This document shows, in pieces, positions 16,038 through 27,874 of a stretch of 64,000 bases of DNA. Position numbers and translations under genes: made by a program. The DNA is from Curvularia clavata (Eukaryota), in contig CP089276.1 of assembly GCA_023920165.1 (NCBI GenBank), forward strand, positions 3,038,001 to 3,102,000. Direction: 5' to 3'. Numbering within the stretch: the stretch's first letter is position 1; every line of letters begins with the position of its first letter. The notes below the pieces were generated by a model. That model saw only the letters and a program-made list of their open reading frames with translations, was not told where the DNA came from and did no database searches.

Positions 16038-16829
16038 ACAAGACAGAAAGACAGAAAAACAACCTATGAGATGAAGAAACCAAACCGAAACCAAAAAGCT
16101 TACGTGTGTAACGCTTTTTTCCTATTCCCAAGCATATTTTCTCACCTCTTCTTCATTGTGGATACTACAACAAAAATCATTGGGCATAACTTTAAGTTAT
16201 CCACTCACTGACGATGACTCCATAGACCTGAATCTTTCCGGCAAAAACCTTCCACCAAACAAAAAAAAATTTAATGGGGATAACGGGAGATTCTACGATA
16301 CCTAGATAGCGCTTTTACCTGTAGGAATTAGGGCATATAGCAGGGTTATAAGCCAAATGAAATGAGAGTATGATGACACGAGTATGAAGATTTCTGTGCA
16401 AAAGGCAAATAATTGTGGTTGTCGAGGTGAACGTGTGAGTGTCATTAATGATGTGTATCTGAAGAGGTTGTCCTGCGTCCCAAAACAAGCACGTGATGGA
16501 AAGAATGAAAAAAATAATAGAAGAAAGTGGAGATGCCAGGACAGCAGAAGCGCGAAACGTAAAGTCATAACAGGTAACAAGAGGAGAGAGAGATAGAAAG
16601 AGAGAAAATAATGCCATGCGTGCCTGCAAACTAGCCTTAGTTGCGCCAAGGCGCTCCGAAACCCTCCCTATTACCAAAACGCGACTCGTATCAGCACAGG
16701 GTCAGTTTTGCCATGTTATCATACAATATCGTCTAAACTGGGTACCGCGTTTGTCTCATTGTCATCGTTGGAAACATATGGTCCACAAAAGAAAGAATTT
16801 AAAAAAAAAAAATGAATGAAGAGGATGCG

Positions 16830-19316
16830 TTACGGTTTTGCGGTACGGAAGTAATAAGCTGCGAGGACGCCGCCGAGGACAAGAGCAGATGCACTGTATG
16901 GAGAGTCAGTAAGGTTTCTTGATGCTAGGAAGAGAGGAACTAAGGGGGGCTAGCGGAACGAGTACTGCCACAAGCTGCGTACTCAAGCTTTCTTGGGAAA
17001 AAAGGAAGAAGACTGAAAACAAGAAATGAAATGTTGATTTACCTGGCTCGTTTCCGATCGCCAAACGCAGCGCCAAACAGGTGTTTGAGCGATATGGCGT
17101 CGTGTTTCTCCGCCTGTTGCTGGCCAAGCGCCGAAGAGGGTGGTGCCGCGTTGGCAATGTCTTTATCAGGAGCTGGGGCTTCCTTGGCGGTGGTATCTGG
17201 TGTGTCTGGCACATGCGAGGGCTCTTCGGCTGGACCTCTGCGCTGTCGAAGCTCCGAGTCTGGAGGGGCTGCTTCATTCGTAGATTTGGGGTCCGATGTG
17301 CCGGAATTTGTTACGTTTTCGCTAGGCATGGAGATGGCCTCGCGCAAAATGCCGAGGGGATTTGACGAATCGCCGGCGCCATCATGCTTGTTGATGTCCT
17401 CTGCTTTGTTGCCAGATTCCCTCTCTTCATCCTCTGAGCTTTCGTGTGTATCCTGCATGATATCTCCCAGCTGCCTGCTTGCGTTGATAACGGGTGTGGC
17501 GTTGGGGTCGCGCGAGAATCCGGATGGTCGATTGGACATGCGGAGAGATCTCTTCCTGCCCAGGTAAATTGGCGAAGGCAAACTGTCAAGATCATGATTG
17601 TCTTCTTCCTCGTCACTATCTTCAGCTTCGGGAACGGACGCCAAGGACGTGTAAGATTTGACTGGGACCAGGTCGACTGAAGAGCAGGCTTGCGAGAAGA
17701 CGGACGGTTGAGGCGAGTTAGGGTGGTGCCCGTGAGTGGCTTCATCTTCGGGAAGTTCAGCCCCAATAGAGGCTACGCGCTGGAAAATCTGATCGCGGTT
17801 GGTGGGAAAGCGCTCTAATGACGGGTCGTTCAGGTCCTCGTCTTCAGCATCCGATCGTGGCAGTCTATGAGGGAGGCTGCTGTTTTTCCGCGACTTGAAA
17901 ATATCATATCGCCCAGGCCGGCCAAAAAAAGATCGCGCGCCGTCAGCCTCATGGCCAAAATCAGGCTGTTTCTCTGGTGGAGATGGCGCATAGTCCTTGG
18001 AAGAATGAGAACTGATGTTATCAGGAATTTGCGATTCACGTTCGTGAGGAAGGAGCGGTGCGTCGCCATCGTCTGCCTCGTGATGATTGTCAAGTTCTTC
18101 TTCATCATCAAAGGGCTTATAACGCTGCGGTTCTACTTCCCCCAAGCGGCCATTCGTAGCTGTAACCATGCTTCCATTGAAACCCGAGGATCGACCTTCG
18201 TGCGCCAGCAATGGAATTCGGTCCAACTCGTCTCCCCCATCAGAGTCGGTCGTAACGGCAGCATCCTCTGGCAGAGGGGACTCAGAAAGGAACGGGTGAG
18301 CTTCACCGGTACCATGGTTCCCAGGTCCTGCTTCGTGGCTAAATAGAGGTCCGTTGGCAAGCCCGTTGTTACCAGGTCTCAAGGCAGTCTCATGGCTGAG
18401 TAATGGCATCAGGTTTAGCTCATCACCTTCGTCACCTTCGTCCATCTCAGACGGTGTATCCATACCATCTCCCGAACTAGTGTGATCTGCTGACGAGGGC
18501 GTAGACTCCTCGTCGATGGTGCCCATTGAAGGCGCCAAGGGGGGCTGGTCATCTTGGAAAGATTCATGACGAAACAAGGGTGCTGCTTGCTCGTCGTCTG
18601 TGCCCGGCTCAACGTGGTACTGAGGCACGATGTTGACTTTATCGGGCAACGCGTCGGCAGCTCCCGCCTCATGCGCGATCTTGTGTGCAGCAGGGGCCTC
18701 GCTAGCGTCTTGCTCATGTGCAGGGCTACTTTCCACCTTGTCTACTACAACAAGAGGAACATTGGATGGTTTAAGCGCGTCAGGCTCGGCGGGCGGATCG
18801 AACTTTGCTTTTGCGGTGTTGTGCCCTGCGTCGACTGAGGCGGTAGGGAACGAATCTTGGTCCATGGTGCTGTCTTTGCGGTTGTCGAACCGCTTCGAAG
18901 CCGGCTCATGGGAAGGTGCTGTAGGTGCCGCGGCTGGCTGTGAAGCTGGCGCATCTGTTGTTGAGCTCTGGGGCGTTTCGGAGCTGGCAGGCTCGACATG
19001 GATGACGTTATTCCGAATGCCTTGGTCGTCGGTAGCTGCGATGTGTCAGCGAGAAGACGCAGGGAAGCATGTGAGCAGCCTTGCCTGTTTCCTTGGACTC
19101 GTCCAGAATCCAGTTGTCTTCGCCCAGGCGAACCTTGTACTGGTAGCTCCCCTCGTGAACATTGGCGAAGTGCTTGGTGAAGACGAAGTCGCCAGAGGGA
19201 GTCTTGTCGTGAGCTATGTCCATCTCAAGCGGGGTCCACCCGCTCAGAGACGACGTGACATAGACGGGAGGCTGCACGCCCGGCTGGGAGAAGGTAATGG
19301 TCGCGTGAGTAGCCAT
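16830..19316 (-). CDS. AMPK-beta-like CBM48 (glycogen-binding) domain protein with long acidic disordered region and C-terminal hydrophobic tail
   Basis: N-terminal VYVTSSLSGW.P..M...GSYQYKVRLG...W...D.QGIRNNVIHV resembles CBM48. Introns 19036-19084 (GC-AG) and 16894-17042; last exon SASALVLGGVLAAYYFRTAKP*. Confidence 0.75.
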
Positions 19317-19485
19317 GGCTCCTCGGACGGTACACTGGGGGGGAAGAATCTAGGGGAGATCGTGTGGCGGACCAGACGCGGCCTCTGGTGGGAGAGGGTA
19401 GGGTCTGTTGGGAAAGGAATATGGTCAGTCGGTTGAAACGGACGGATTGGGCGCGCCCATGCAGTGGCGCAAGAGGGGCATAGGT

Positions 19486-19515
19486 TGCAGTGCAGTGCAG
19501 TGCAGTGCAGTGCAG
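19486..19515. repeat. (TGCAG)6 microsatellite
   Basis: Six perfect copies about 170 bp upstream of the CBM48 gene ATG. Confidence 0.95.
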
Positions 19516-20012
19516 AGCGGGGGAAAGGCAAGACGAGCTTACCAGACAGGCAGTGACCGGGGGAGCACTTGGCTTGGGGGCGGTAGCACCTGCCTTGTGC
19601 TACACAGAGGGGAGGAAGGAGCTACTGTGGTGAGGTGCAGGCAGAGAAGGCGCGACCGAGCTATCGGATGAGATGCAGATGGAGGGCCTCGGAGCGTGTC
19701 CGTGGGCGTGTGGGTGCAGGTGAGAAGCTGCGGCGAGTGCTTGACGTGACCTCAACTTGTTGAGATTCTTGTGCAGCGCCACTGGCCTGGAGCAGCGACG
19801 TCTGCACGCCGCGCCCTAGAGTCCATGGCTTTTGCGCGTTTCTTGATGCTTCCAAGGTGACGTGAGTACAACGTGTGGCAGCCCAGCGCTAGAGCCCCGC
19901 CGCCGCGGCCTCATCAGCCACCCGTAGCCCGATCAGGCTTCCCCCGCACTGGTTAGCCGCACCCTTCCATCCCAACACGTTCACGACGCACGACAAGACG
20001 ACCGTCTATCTA

Positions 20013-20037
20013 ATCTCATCTCATCTCATCTCATCTC
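20013..20037. repeat. (ATCTC)5 microsatellite
   Basis: Five perfect copies in intergenic DNA. Confidence 0.9.
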
Positions 20038-21004
20038 TCCAGACGACACGACATCCACAGAGTACCTTGGCCGTCTGCGCACAGTGCTCGAGTCGGCGCC
20101 TAATCTCAGGTATCCACAGTCTTCGCCAGCAGCACATACGCACCGCACCCACTCTCATGACTTGTCCCGCCCCTTGGCCAGCTTCACTCCTCTCCTACGT
20201 CTTTTATGCTACGCATGGGTTGTGGCGCCTTCACCCATTGATCGCGATACAAAAAACGCCACGTGATAACGTAATCAATCGATGCACATCGCAAACCTGT
20301 CCCACTTCGGCATCTATGTACATGTGACCGGAACCTGGAATGTTGAAATTTCCGTCGTAGTTCCGTTCGTCTTGAGACGCCCAAGACGGGGTGTTATGCA
20401 CTCCATACTATGTATATCGCCGGGATGATCCGTCGTATTCTCGGCCAAAACCTCGGTCCCAATCCGTGCCACCACCACCAAACACTCAACCCATTCATCG
20501 CCTCTGGACCTGTCCGTACCTCAGGCCACGGGTTCATGTAGGCTCCTGCCGCCTGTCCAACTCCATGCCATTGGGATTCGGCATCTAAAAACGGTTTCAA
20601 AAGACGCGCTGCGACAGGCTCTGTCACACCATGGTACCTGTCCACATTCAATTTCAACCGCTGAGCACGGGCCCCATGCCTCTCTCCCGCGCTAGTTAGT
20701 ATGCTTCTGGAAGTTCGTCCTGCGTTTCAAGTAACGCCGCAGCGCTCATGCAGCGGAAACTTTTGCAACGCGCTGATCGACATGCTGCACTGTCAGTGTC
20801 GCCATCTCTTTCCTCGACTCACATCTGTATTAGATCTGACATAGACCCATCTGGCCCAACCTCCCTCTACCTGGTCCTCTCCTGCCTTTTCCCTACATAC
20901 CTCCTGTCTCTCGCTTCAATCCTTGCGCCCTTGCCTGCTTCACCACCGCAGCCCCATGTCCCAACTCCTCACACTGTCTCTCTCGCTCACCTACCGTACA
21001 CGCA

Positions 21005-22588
21005 ATGGGCCATGTCGTCTTTGCGACGGGGCGTGACCAAGGCCCGCTCCTGAGCCGGGTCAGTCTCGCCATGTATACCGTGGCCGTTACGTTCGTTGCT
21101 CTTCGGTATGTCGCCTTCTCCTACCGTCTCATGGTGTATTAACCGTCCCTAGTTGCTTTACACGTGCCTACATCGTCAAGAGATTTGGCTTGGATGATTT
21201 CTTCATTGCCATCGCAACCACGCTTGGAGCTGCCCAGACCGTAACCATCATTCTCCAAGTCGAGCATGGACAAGGCCGACACACAGACGCCCTGCACCTC
21301 GAGCAGTTCAACCACATGCTCATGGTATGCCCAACGTTGCCCCTCTCCCCAAACAGCCACTGACTGCCAACTAGTATCAATGGATCAACATGTTGATATA
21401 CTTTGTCGCAAACTGGTATGCTTGCCTTGTATGCTGAAAAATCAAATCCCTAACTTGAATAAAGGGCGGTGAAGATGAGTATTCTTGCGCTGTATTACAG
21501 GATAGGGCACGGGAGGAAAGGCCTACCATGGATTGTTCAAGCGCCTGCCGTGTGGACAGTAGCAGGCTTCATGACAGCATTTGGCCTGTCCTCGTTCATG
21601 GTAAGTTCCATAGCTCTCTTCTGTGCCTTTTCACTACCAAGTCTAATCACCAACTAACAATCTTTTCCAGGCCCAGCTCTTTCTCTGCGTGCCCATCTCA
21701 CGCATCTGGGACATTGTCCACGTCAACGACGGAGGATGCATCGACGTGTCCGAGTTCATGATCATTTCGGCGGCGATAAACGTCACTACCGACATTATCC
21801 TACTCCTGTTCCCACTCCCCTTGTTGCGGCTCTTCACTTTCAATCGCAGACAGCGCAGTAAGTTGGCCGATTCTGTTACAGCATCCACGGTAGCTAATAG
21901 TGGACGCAGCGGCTCTGGCAGTCGTTCTCTCTGTTGGACTTATACCGGTTATAGCTAGCACTATGCGGCTTTGCGAAATCATCATGGCAGGCAGGCCTGT
22001 CAAGCCGGGTCGCGACTGGCAGGAGAATGATTTTAGTTGGTATGTACGACATGGTCTCTGCAACATTCATATCACTGACGATGCTTCAGGGGCTGGGCCT
22101 GGGTTCCAGTGTGGTCGCAAATTGAAGTTGACGTCAGCATCCTCGCTGCCTCTCTTCCCTGTCTCTCGCCTTTATTCAAGCATGTCTTCGGGTCCCCTGG
22201 TCGATCCGAAACACCCTCGCAAATCCCCACCCTACCCGGTTACCGTGAGAGCTGGGGAGAAGGAAATCTCGTAAGCATAGACGACGGCGACGACGATATG
22301 GAGAAGCAGAGCAAGAGTTTCGACTTTGGAGACGAGAAGCGACTGACGGTGCGGGAGAAGGAGATGGGCCAGGGAATGGGCATCAATCTAAGCATGATTG
22401 TAGACAAGGGTGTGGACATCAATATCATGGACGTTGGCGCCCATCGTTATGGCGATGACTTGTCTGCCGTGGCAGAAGAAGAGGAAGTCTCGAGTCGGTC
22501 GAGCGTGGCCTTGACCAAGACAGCCGGCGGGCAGACGACGCCGGTCCAGACTGGAACCCCCAGAATAATAGACTATAAAAAATTATGA
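21005..22588 (+). CDS. Pth11-like integral membrane protein (fungal rhodopsin-domain family, no CFEM), multi-exon
   Basis: FVALRCFTR...FGLDDFFI, HGQGRH, VKMSILALYYRI, C.PISRIWD, INVTTDIILLLFPLP, WSQIEVDVSILAASLP; about six short introns. Confidence 0.85.
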
Positions 22589-22751
22589 CATTATGATACT
22601 TGATAGAAGCCCCCTGTTCATTCAGTACAGATGCGTTAGAATTGGGCATAGAGCATCTTGCAGTAGATTATTATCATTAGTTACTCTTTAATGTATAGCT
22701 GTCGTTATATAGGCCTCAATGTCACAGAGGTTGGTTTAGCAAAGACTTTTT

Positions 22752-23954
22752 TTACCATCTCCCAAAGCTGTTAAATGCAGAGCTGAATTGGTTTGCTAGA
22801 ATCACGTCAGTCAGCACCAAAAGAAAATAAAAAAGAAGGTAATGTGAGAAAGGAGGGGTCCAAGAGCAAAAAAAGAGCTTACCAAACTGACTCGTCCCAA
22901 AACACTCACTCGTCTCTGCCTTCTCCATCGCCTTGGGCAACCACTCTCTAATCTTCTCCTCGCGATTATGATGACTCGGATGCGTACTCAGTATCTGCGG
23001 GGGCCCCTGACCCCCCACCTTTTCCATTCTTGCCCAGAAATCCATAGCCGCTTGCGGCTTATAGCATCCCTGCGCCATCATCATAAGTCCAATATAGTCC
23101 GCTTCTGCCTCGTGCTTGCGGCTCGCGGGCATAGAGAGAAACAAGTCGATGAGCAGTTTACCCGAGTAGAGCGAGATATCGAATAGCGAGAGAGCGAGGA
23201 CACCAAGCAGGACGAGAGGAGCTTGCGACATGCGTTCACTGTCTACACGTTAGCGATATGCTGAGTGGGGGAAGAGGGGAAGGGAGGGAAAGACGAACGC
23301 CGTATGTCTCGCAACCACATGGGCGATTTCATGTCCCAAGACGGCCGCAATACCATCCTCGTCCCTACACAGCGGCAATATGCCCGTAAAAATGAAAACC
23401 TTACCCCCCGGCGCTACAAACGCATTCTGCTCCGGACTCTCAATCACGCTAACCTCCCAGTTCAAATCCCGCAGCCCTTCGCCCTCGGCGTACGGCAGCA
23501 ACCGCGCCAGCACCTTCTTCACTGTCTTCACGCGCGGATCGTACTCTGGTAAGATGCGACCTGCGTATTGCTGGCGCACTTGCTCCACAGTACTGGCGCC
23601 GAGCGCTTCTTCCATGGACGACGGAATGATGTTGAAGCGTCGCCGCCCGGAGACAGGGACTTCTTCGAGATTGTACAGGTAGATGCCTCCTGCGCCCGCG
23701 CTGATGAGCCCAATGTCCCGGTAGAAGGTCGGGCGCGCGGCCCAGCGGTATAGGATTCCGGTGAGCCCGCCCGAGGACGAGGAGAAGCGCTTGTATTGGG
23801 GCCCGCGTCCGAAGGGGAGTTGTTGGTAGAAGCGCGCTTGGGTGATGCGCACAGGTGGGATGGATGCGCGGAGGGGTGCACGGAGGGGTGCGCGTGGGAT
23901 GGATGTGCGCAGGAGCGCATGGGGGACGGCGAGGGACGGTCGTATTCGATACAT
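22752..23954 (-). CDS. OMA1: Mitochondrial M48 metalloendopeptidase Oma1-like
   Basis: Arg-rich presequence-like N-terminus; VPVSGRRRF, NAFVAPGGK, HEIAH zinc motif, SRKHEAEADYIG, LSTHP; two introns. The start could lie further upstream (24041). Confidence 0.88.
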
Positions 23955-24613
23955 GGCTTGTACTGGGCGTGTGATCCTGCGGATGGTGCCTAGAGGTGAA
24001 TAAATGGTTGTGCGGTTGAACAGTTTACACCTAGGTAACATCTGGAGATATGACGTGCATGTGCTAGCTAAAGTCCGCGGGAGTGCAGGGATCAGTTGTT
24101 CGGTGGCTTTTGTGTTCCAACGGCTACCTTACCGGCTTGGGAGCGCATTTCCAGCCGGCGGAAAGTTTATCGGACACTCGGGTTGCGTTTTTGGTCCGGT
24201 CGTTTCCACGCCCGTGGTCTGGGTATGCGGTTATTGGTATGTCATTCGTATGTACGGTTTGAGGTTCAGTTAAGCGTGGCAGTTAATTTTGTTTATCTTT
24301 ATTCCGCTGACTCGTGGTTTGATATAACAGTGCTCTGATATATGCGGAGTAGAAGACCCTTGATAAGAGTGATATTAACGGGTGGCCTAGAATCCCCCTA
24401 GATTATTGCCATGGAATATCGATATTCATGGAGTCCTTTGGATTCACAACCACCTAGGTGGAATCGAAATCACTTTGGGCATTTCACAAGCTTATGCACT
24501 GGTAAATCACACGGTTCACTGAGACAAAAGCCAATTTTCAAGTAATCAAATCATTCCATTACTCCCACTCTGACCGCTACAAACACCCCTTCCCTATCCA
24601 TCCGTCCTGCACT

Positions 24614-25714
24614 CTACTCGTAGCAGTACTCAACGTGAACCTCGAGGACACACGTGTCGTAGGCAATTGGGCGGGGGAAAGGAGCAACGACTACAGGAGA
24701 AGTCGGGTAAGCATTGGCCGGTGCAGAGGCAGAGACCGAGGACTGTTCGACCGGTGTAGCAGATACAGAAGCAGTGGGACCGTTGCCACCGCCGGTGGCT
24801 GAAGCGGTAACAGAAGCAGTGGGACTGTTGCCACCGCCAGTGACTGAAGCGGTAACAGAAGCAGTGGGACTGTTGCCACCGCCGGTGACTGAAGCGGTAA
24901 CAGTAGCAGTGGGAGTGGGGACCGCAGACGAGCTCGATGCACTGCACAGAGGCGCAACGTTGTTGATCTTGTTGACGACCCAGGACGAGGCGTCGTCAGT
25001 GTAGAGCTCGAAATAGTTGAGGTGATCGGCAACGACGTTGCCTCCAGCGCAGACTGGGTCGCCAGCTGCGCAGTAGGAGCGGAGGACAGGAGCGTAGCGG
25101 TTCAGGCGGGCGAGGTCGGAGGCCGAGCGAGGGTTCTTCTCCTTGCTGGCACCGTCGAGCACGTTATAAGGCTGGTTGGCGGTGTGCATAACATCACCCC
25201 ACAGGAGAGCCGCGGCAACTAATTCAAGTCAGTACAGATCATAAACCACAAATCAATACATATACTTACTAGCTTTGCCAGCAGATGAGGTGCTGTCAAG
25301 ACCGTTGGAGACGAATGTGCAACCGCCAGGACCTCCCAGCACATCACCCATAACGTGGGCACCCTCAGAGTAACCATTGACCACAATGTGCGAGCAAGGG
25401 CACTTCTGGTTGAAAGCGGTAATCTGAGAGATACCGTTGCGGGCACCCTCAGCCACCTGAGCGCAGTAGTCTCCACCAAGAGTGACATCGAACTGGACAT
25501 CAATGTAGTCGCAGGTCTTGCCCTCGGCCCTCAACTTGCTGCAGGTCGCCTCAACAAAGGGAAAGGTACGTCCGTCGTGGTAAGGGGCGTCGTTGCCACG
25601 GGCCATGAAGATGACTACATCGGCGCAGCTGGCCTCCAGCTTGGGGGGAGTGGTTTGAGCCGCGGCGAGAGCGGACAGGGCGCCCAGAGCAATGGTGTTG
25701 CGGATGAAAGACAT
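24614..25714 (-). CDS. Secreted carbohydrate esterase family 5 (acetylxylan esterase/cutinase-like) with Ser/Thr-rich tail
   Basis: Signal peptide MSFIRNTIALGALSALAAA; C.DV.IFMARG, GYSEGA, LLWGDV.H..NQPYNV, SYC..GDPVC...H..Y; intron 25219-25269. Confidence 0.88.
24765..24914. repeat. Coding 45-bp tandem repeat, about 3.3 copies (PTASVTASVTGGGNS)
   Basis: Unit ACAGAAGCAGTGGGACYGTTGCCACCGCCRGTGRCTGAAGCGGTA starts at 24765, 24810 and 24855, with a partial copy at 24900. Confidence 0.95.
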
Positions 25715-26502
25715 GATTACGTATTAATTAGGTCTATCGTAACAAAAAGAGTGTGGTAGTGGCAAATGACCGTGGGGTAGGAGACCAGAAAAAGAGTGTT
25801 ACGGTCCTTTTGAAAAGGTGTACCTGGGGTATCAACAGTGGGTAAGAGGAAGACAGGAAACCTGGCTTTAATAGGATATCTGCCCTGCATTCTTCACGGA
25901 TCAAAAAGATTGGATTTGCCTCCACGACAATCAAGCCCCGCCTCCCCAGGCGTTTTTTTCGAGTCGCGTATACGAGCCCTGGCGCTGCTCTATCCCTTAT
26001 ACCCTACATGGATTCCGTTCCTCTTTGCCTGCGGATGCAGGCACCCGAGACATGATCATCTCCCTGGGGGTTGCCTGAAGAGGAAGCCAACAAGTGAAAG
26101 GATTCGCTTTCAGTCTAGGTGCGACTGTTAGCACAGCCACTTGAGGATATAGCGGCACGGTGGGTCCACCGGCTATACTGATGTTTGTTTTTAGGCCCAC
26201 ATCATGCCAGGGACGAACCCCACTGCTCACTCGTTCCTGTTCCGTGGAGAACGACAAGGTGTTTCAGTGCATGATAGTGGCGGGCGATTCACTGCATATA
26301 TTCTCGTATTTCTCGTCTCCTGCGCATATGCTACACACCCCAGGAATCTGGTGATTTCGGTACCATGATGGAGGTAACAGAGTAGATGAATTTGTTCGGA
26401 TAGGTCGGAAGCCGTCTCCAAACCCGGCACTTGTTACTAGCACTTCTACGCTATTTCTAGCTCTTGCCAATTCTCTTGGGACTTGGCGCCAGCTCCCAAT
26501 AA

Positions 26503-27874
26503 TCACTCCAACTTTTCATGGCTCTCCCTGATGGCCTGACCGTAATCTCCTGCATTTGGTGTCCGCACAATAGTATGAGTATGGTACTTGGCCGGCTCCT
26601 TGTTCGTCAAGAAAACACCAGAATGGTGGTCGAATTCCACCAAGATAACCGGGCTTTGTATGCGAAAGTAGAAGGCGTCATCGTCGCCGAAGCCACCGAT
26701 CCAGCAAAAGTACGTTTCGTCAAGGTGTTGCTTGATTTGCTTGAGCTTTAGCTCACGAGCCTTGGAGGGATGGTAGAGAAGAAACTCGTGGCATATGGAT
26801 AAGATGAGATCTTGTTCAGCGTTATTCAACGAAGAGGCGCAAATGCCTTCGTATGGAACAATGCGATTGTCACGGAAGGCGCCGCAGCGGTGGCGTTGAT
26901 CGTCGGGGCCCCAGGTGTCAGTGATGAGCTCGTCGCGTTTACTCTCATCATTGTTGGAGTTGCCATAGACTTGCTTCATGCCCTCGTCTCTCATCTTCTT
27001 GAAGATTTGAGCCTTCTGCTGCTGCTCTGCGCTCAGGCTCTGCATAAGCTTCAGGCCCAAATTGCCTTCTTTGTGCAGGATCTGGGTCCCTTTCCACTCG
27101 CCCTCATCGATGATATTGGGCTCGGCGCCAGTGAAGGACGGACTGAGCACAACTTGAGACCCCTTAAAGAAGCATGCGATATCGAGGTGGTGGCCGTATA
27201 GTAGCCAACCCCATGGTGAACTCGCGGATGCAGAGGGCGTCCCAAACAACAAGAAGTTGTAGGAATACTTGTTCATGATGTTCGGAAGCTTGACCACCTC
27301 TCCCAGAAAGTGGTTGATGCGCATGGCGGACAGTGCCTTTTGATAGCCTTCCGGTGACAGGGACGCTTCTATCACGGCGAGTATTGCCTGCGCGGTCGTG
27401 TCCGGTACTAAGCAGGTTAGCATGGTGTTGCAGCTTTTCCTTCGTGGACAAATTACCTTCCTCGAGTCTCAAACCGAACGGTCTCAGGAGAAACTCCGGG
27501 TTGCTCCATGCGCGCCATTCTCTTGCGTTGATCGGATAAGACAACTTCTTTTTCTTCTCATTGTCCAGGCCCCTGAGTAGCTCTTCTGCTTTTGCGACGG
27601 CGCCCTGAACATCCGCGCCTTCATCTCGCGCCTGGAAGAGACCTGGTCGTACTTTGCCGTCGTTGGTAACGCCTGTGTACGGCTCTTCCAACAGCTTCTC
27701 CCATACCTTTGTCAAGTCGTACAACCATGGCGGTGCACGGTTATCTTGCATTGACTGGACATATTCGTAGATGTTTTGTTTCGCAGCAGTTGTGAAGCGC
27801 GGACTGCTGAGATCTGGCAGATGGGCTCGAAAGCCAGCCGAGGCTTGATCGAAGGAGCTTCGCCGGTCCGTCAT
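26503..27874 (-). CDS. DUF3500 family protein, about 440 aa, 2 exons
   Basis: WxxWSNPE, SLS.EGY.K, YGHHL (the family GHH motif), YFRIQSPV..VEFDHH, HTHTIVRTPN.GDYG; intron 27408-27456. Confidence 0.82.

Noticed and set aside
18630..19436. 268-aa plus-strand ORF
   Set aside because: Antisense to the CBM48 gene, non-ATG start and low complexity.
24765..24914. Regularly spaced repeats resembling a CRISPR array
   Set aside because: There are no unique spacers, the repeat encodes an in-frame linker, and the context is eukaryotic.
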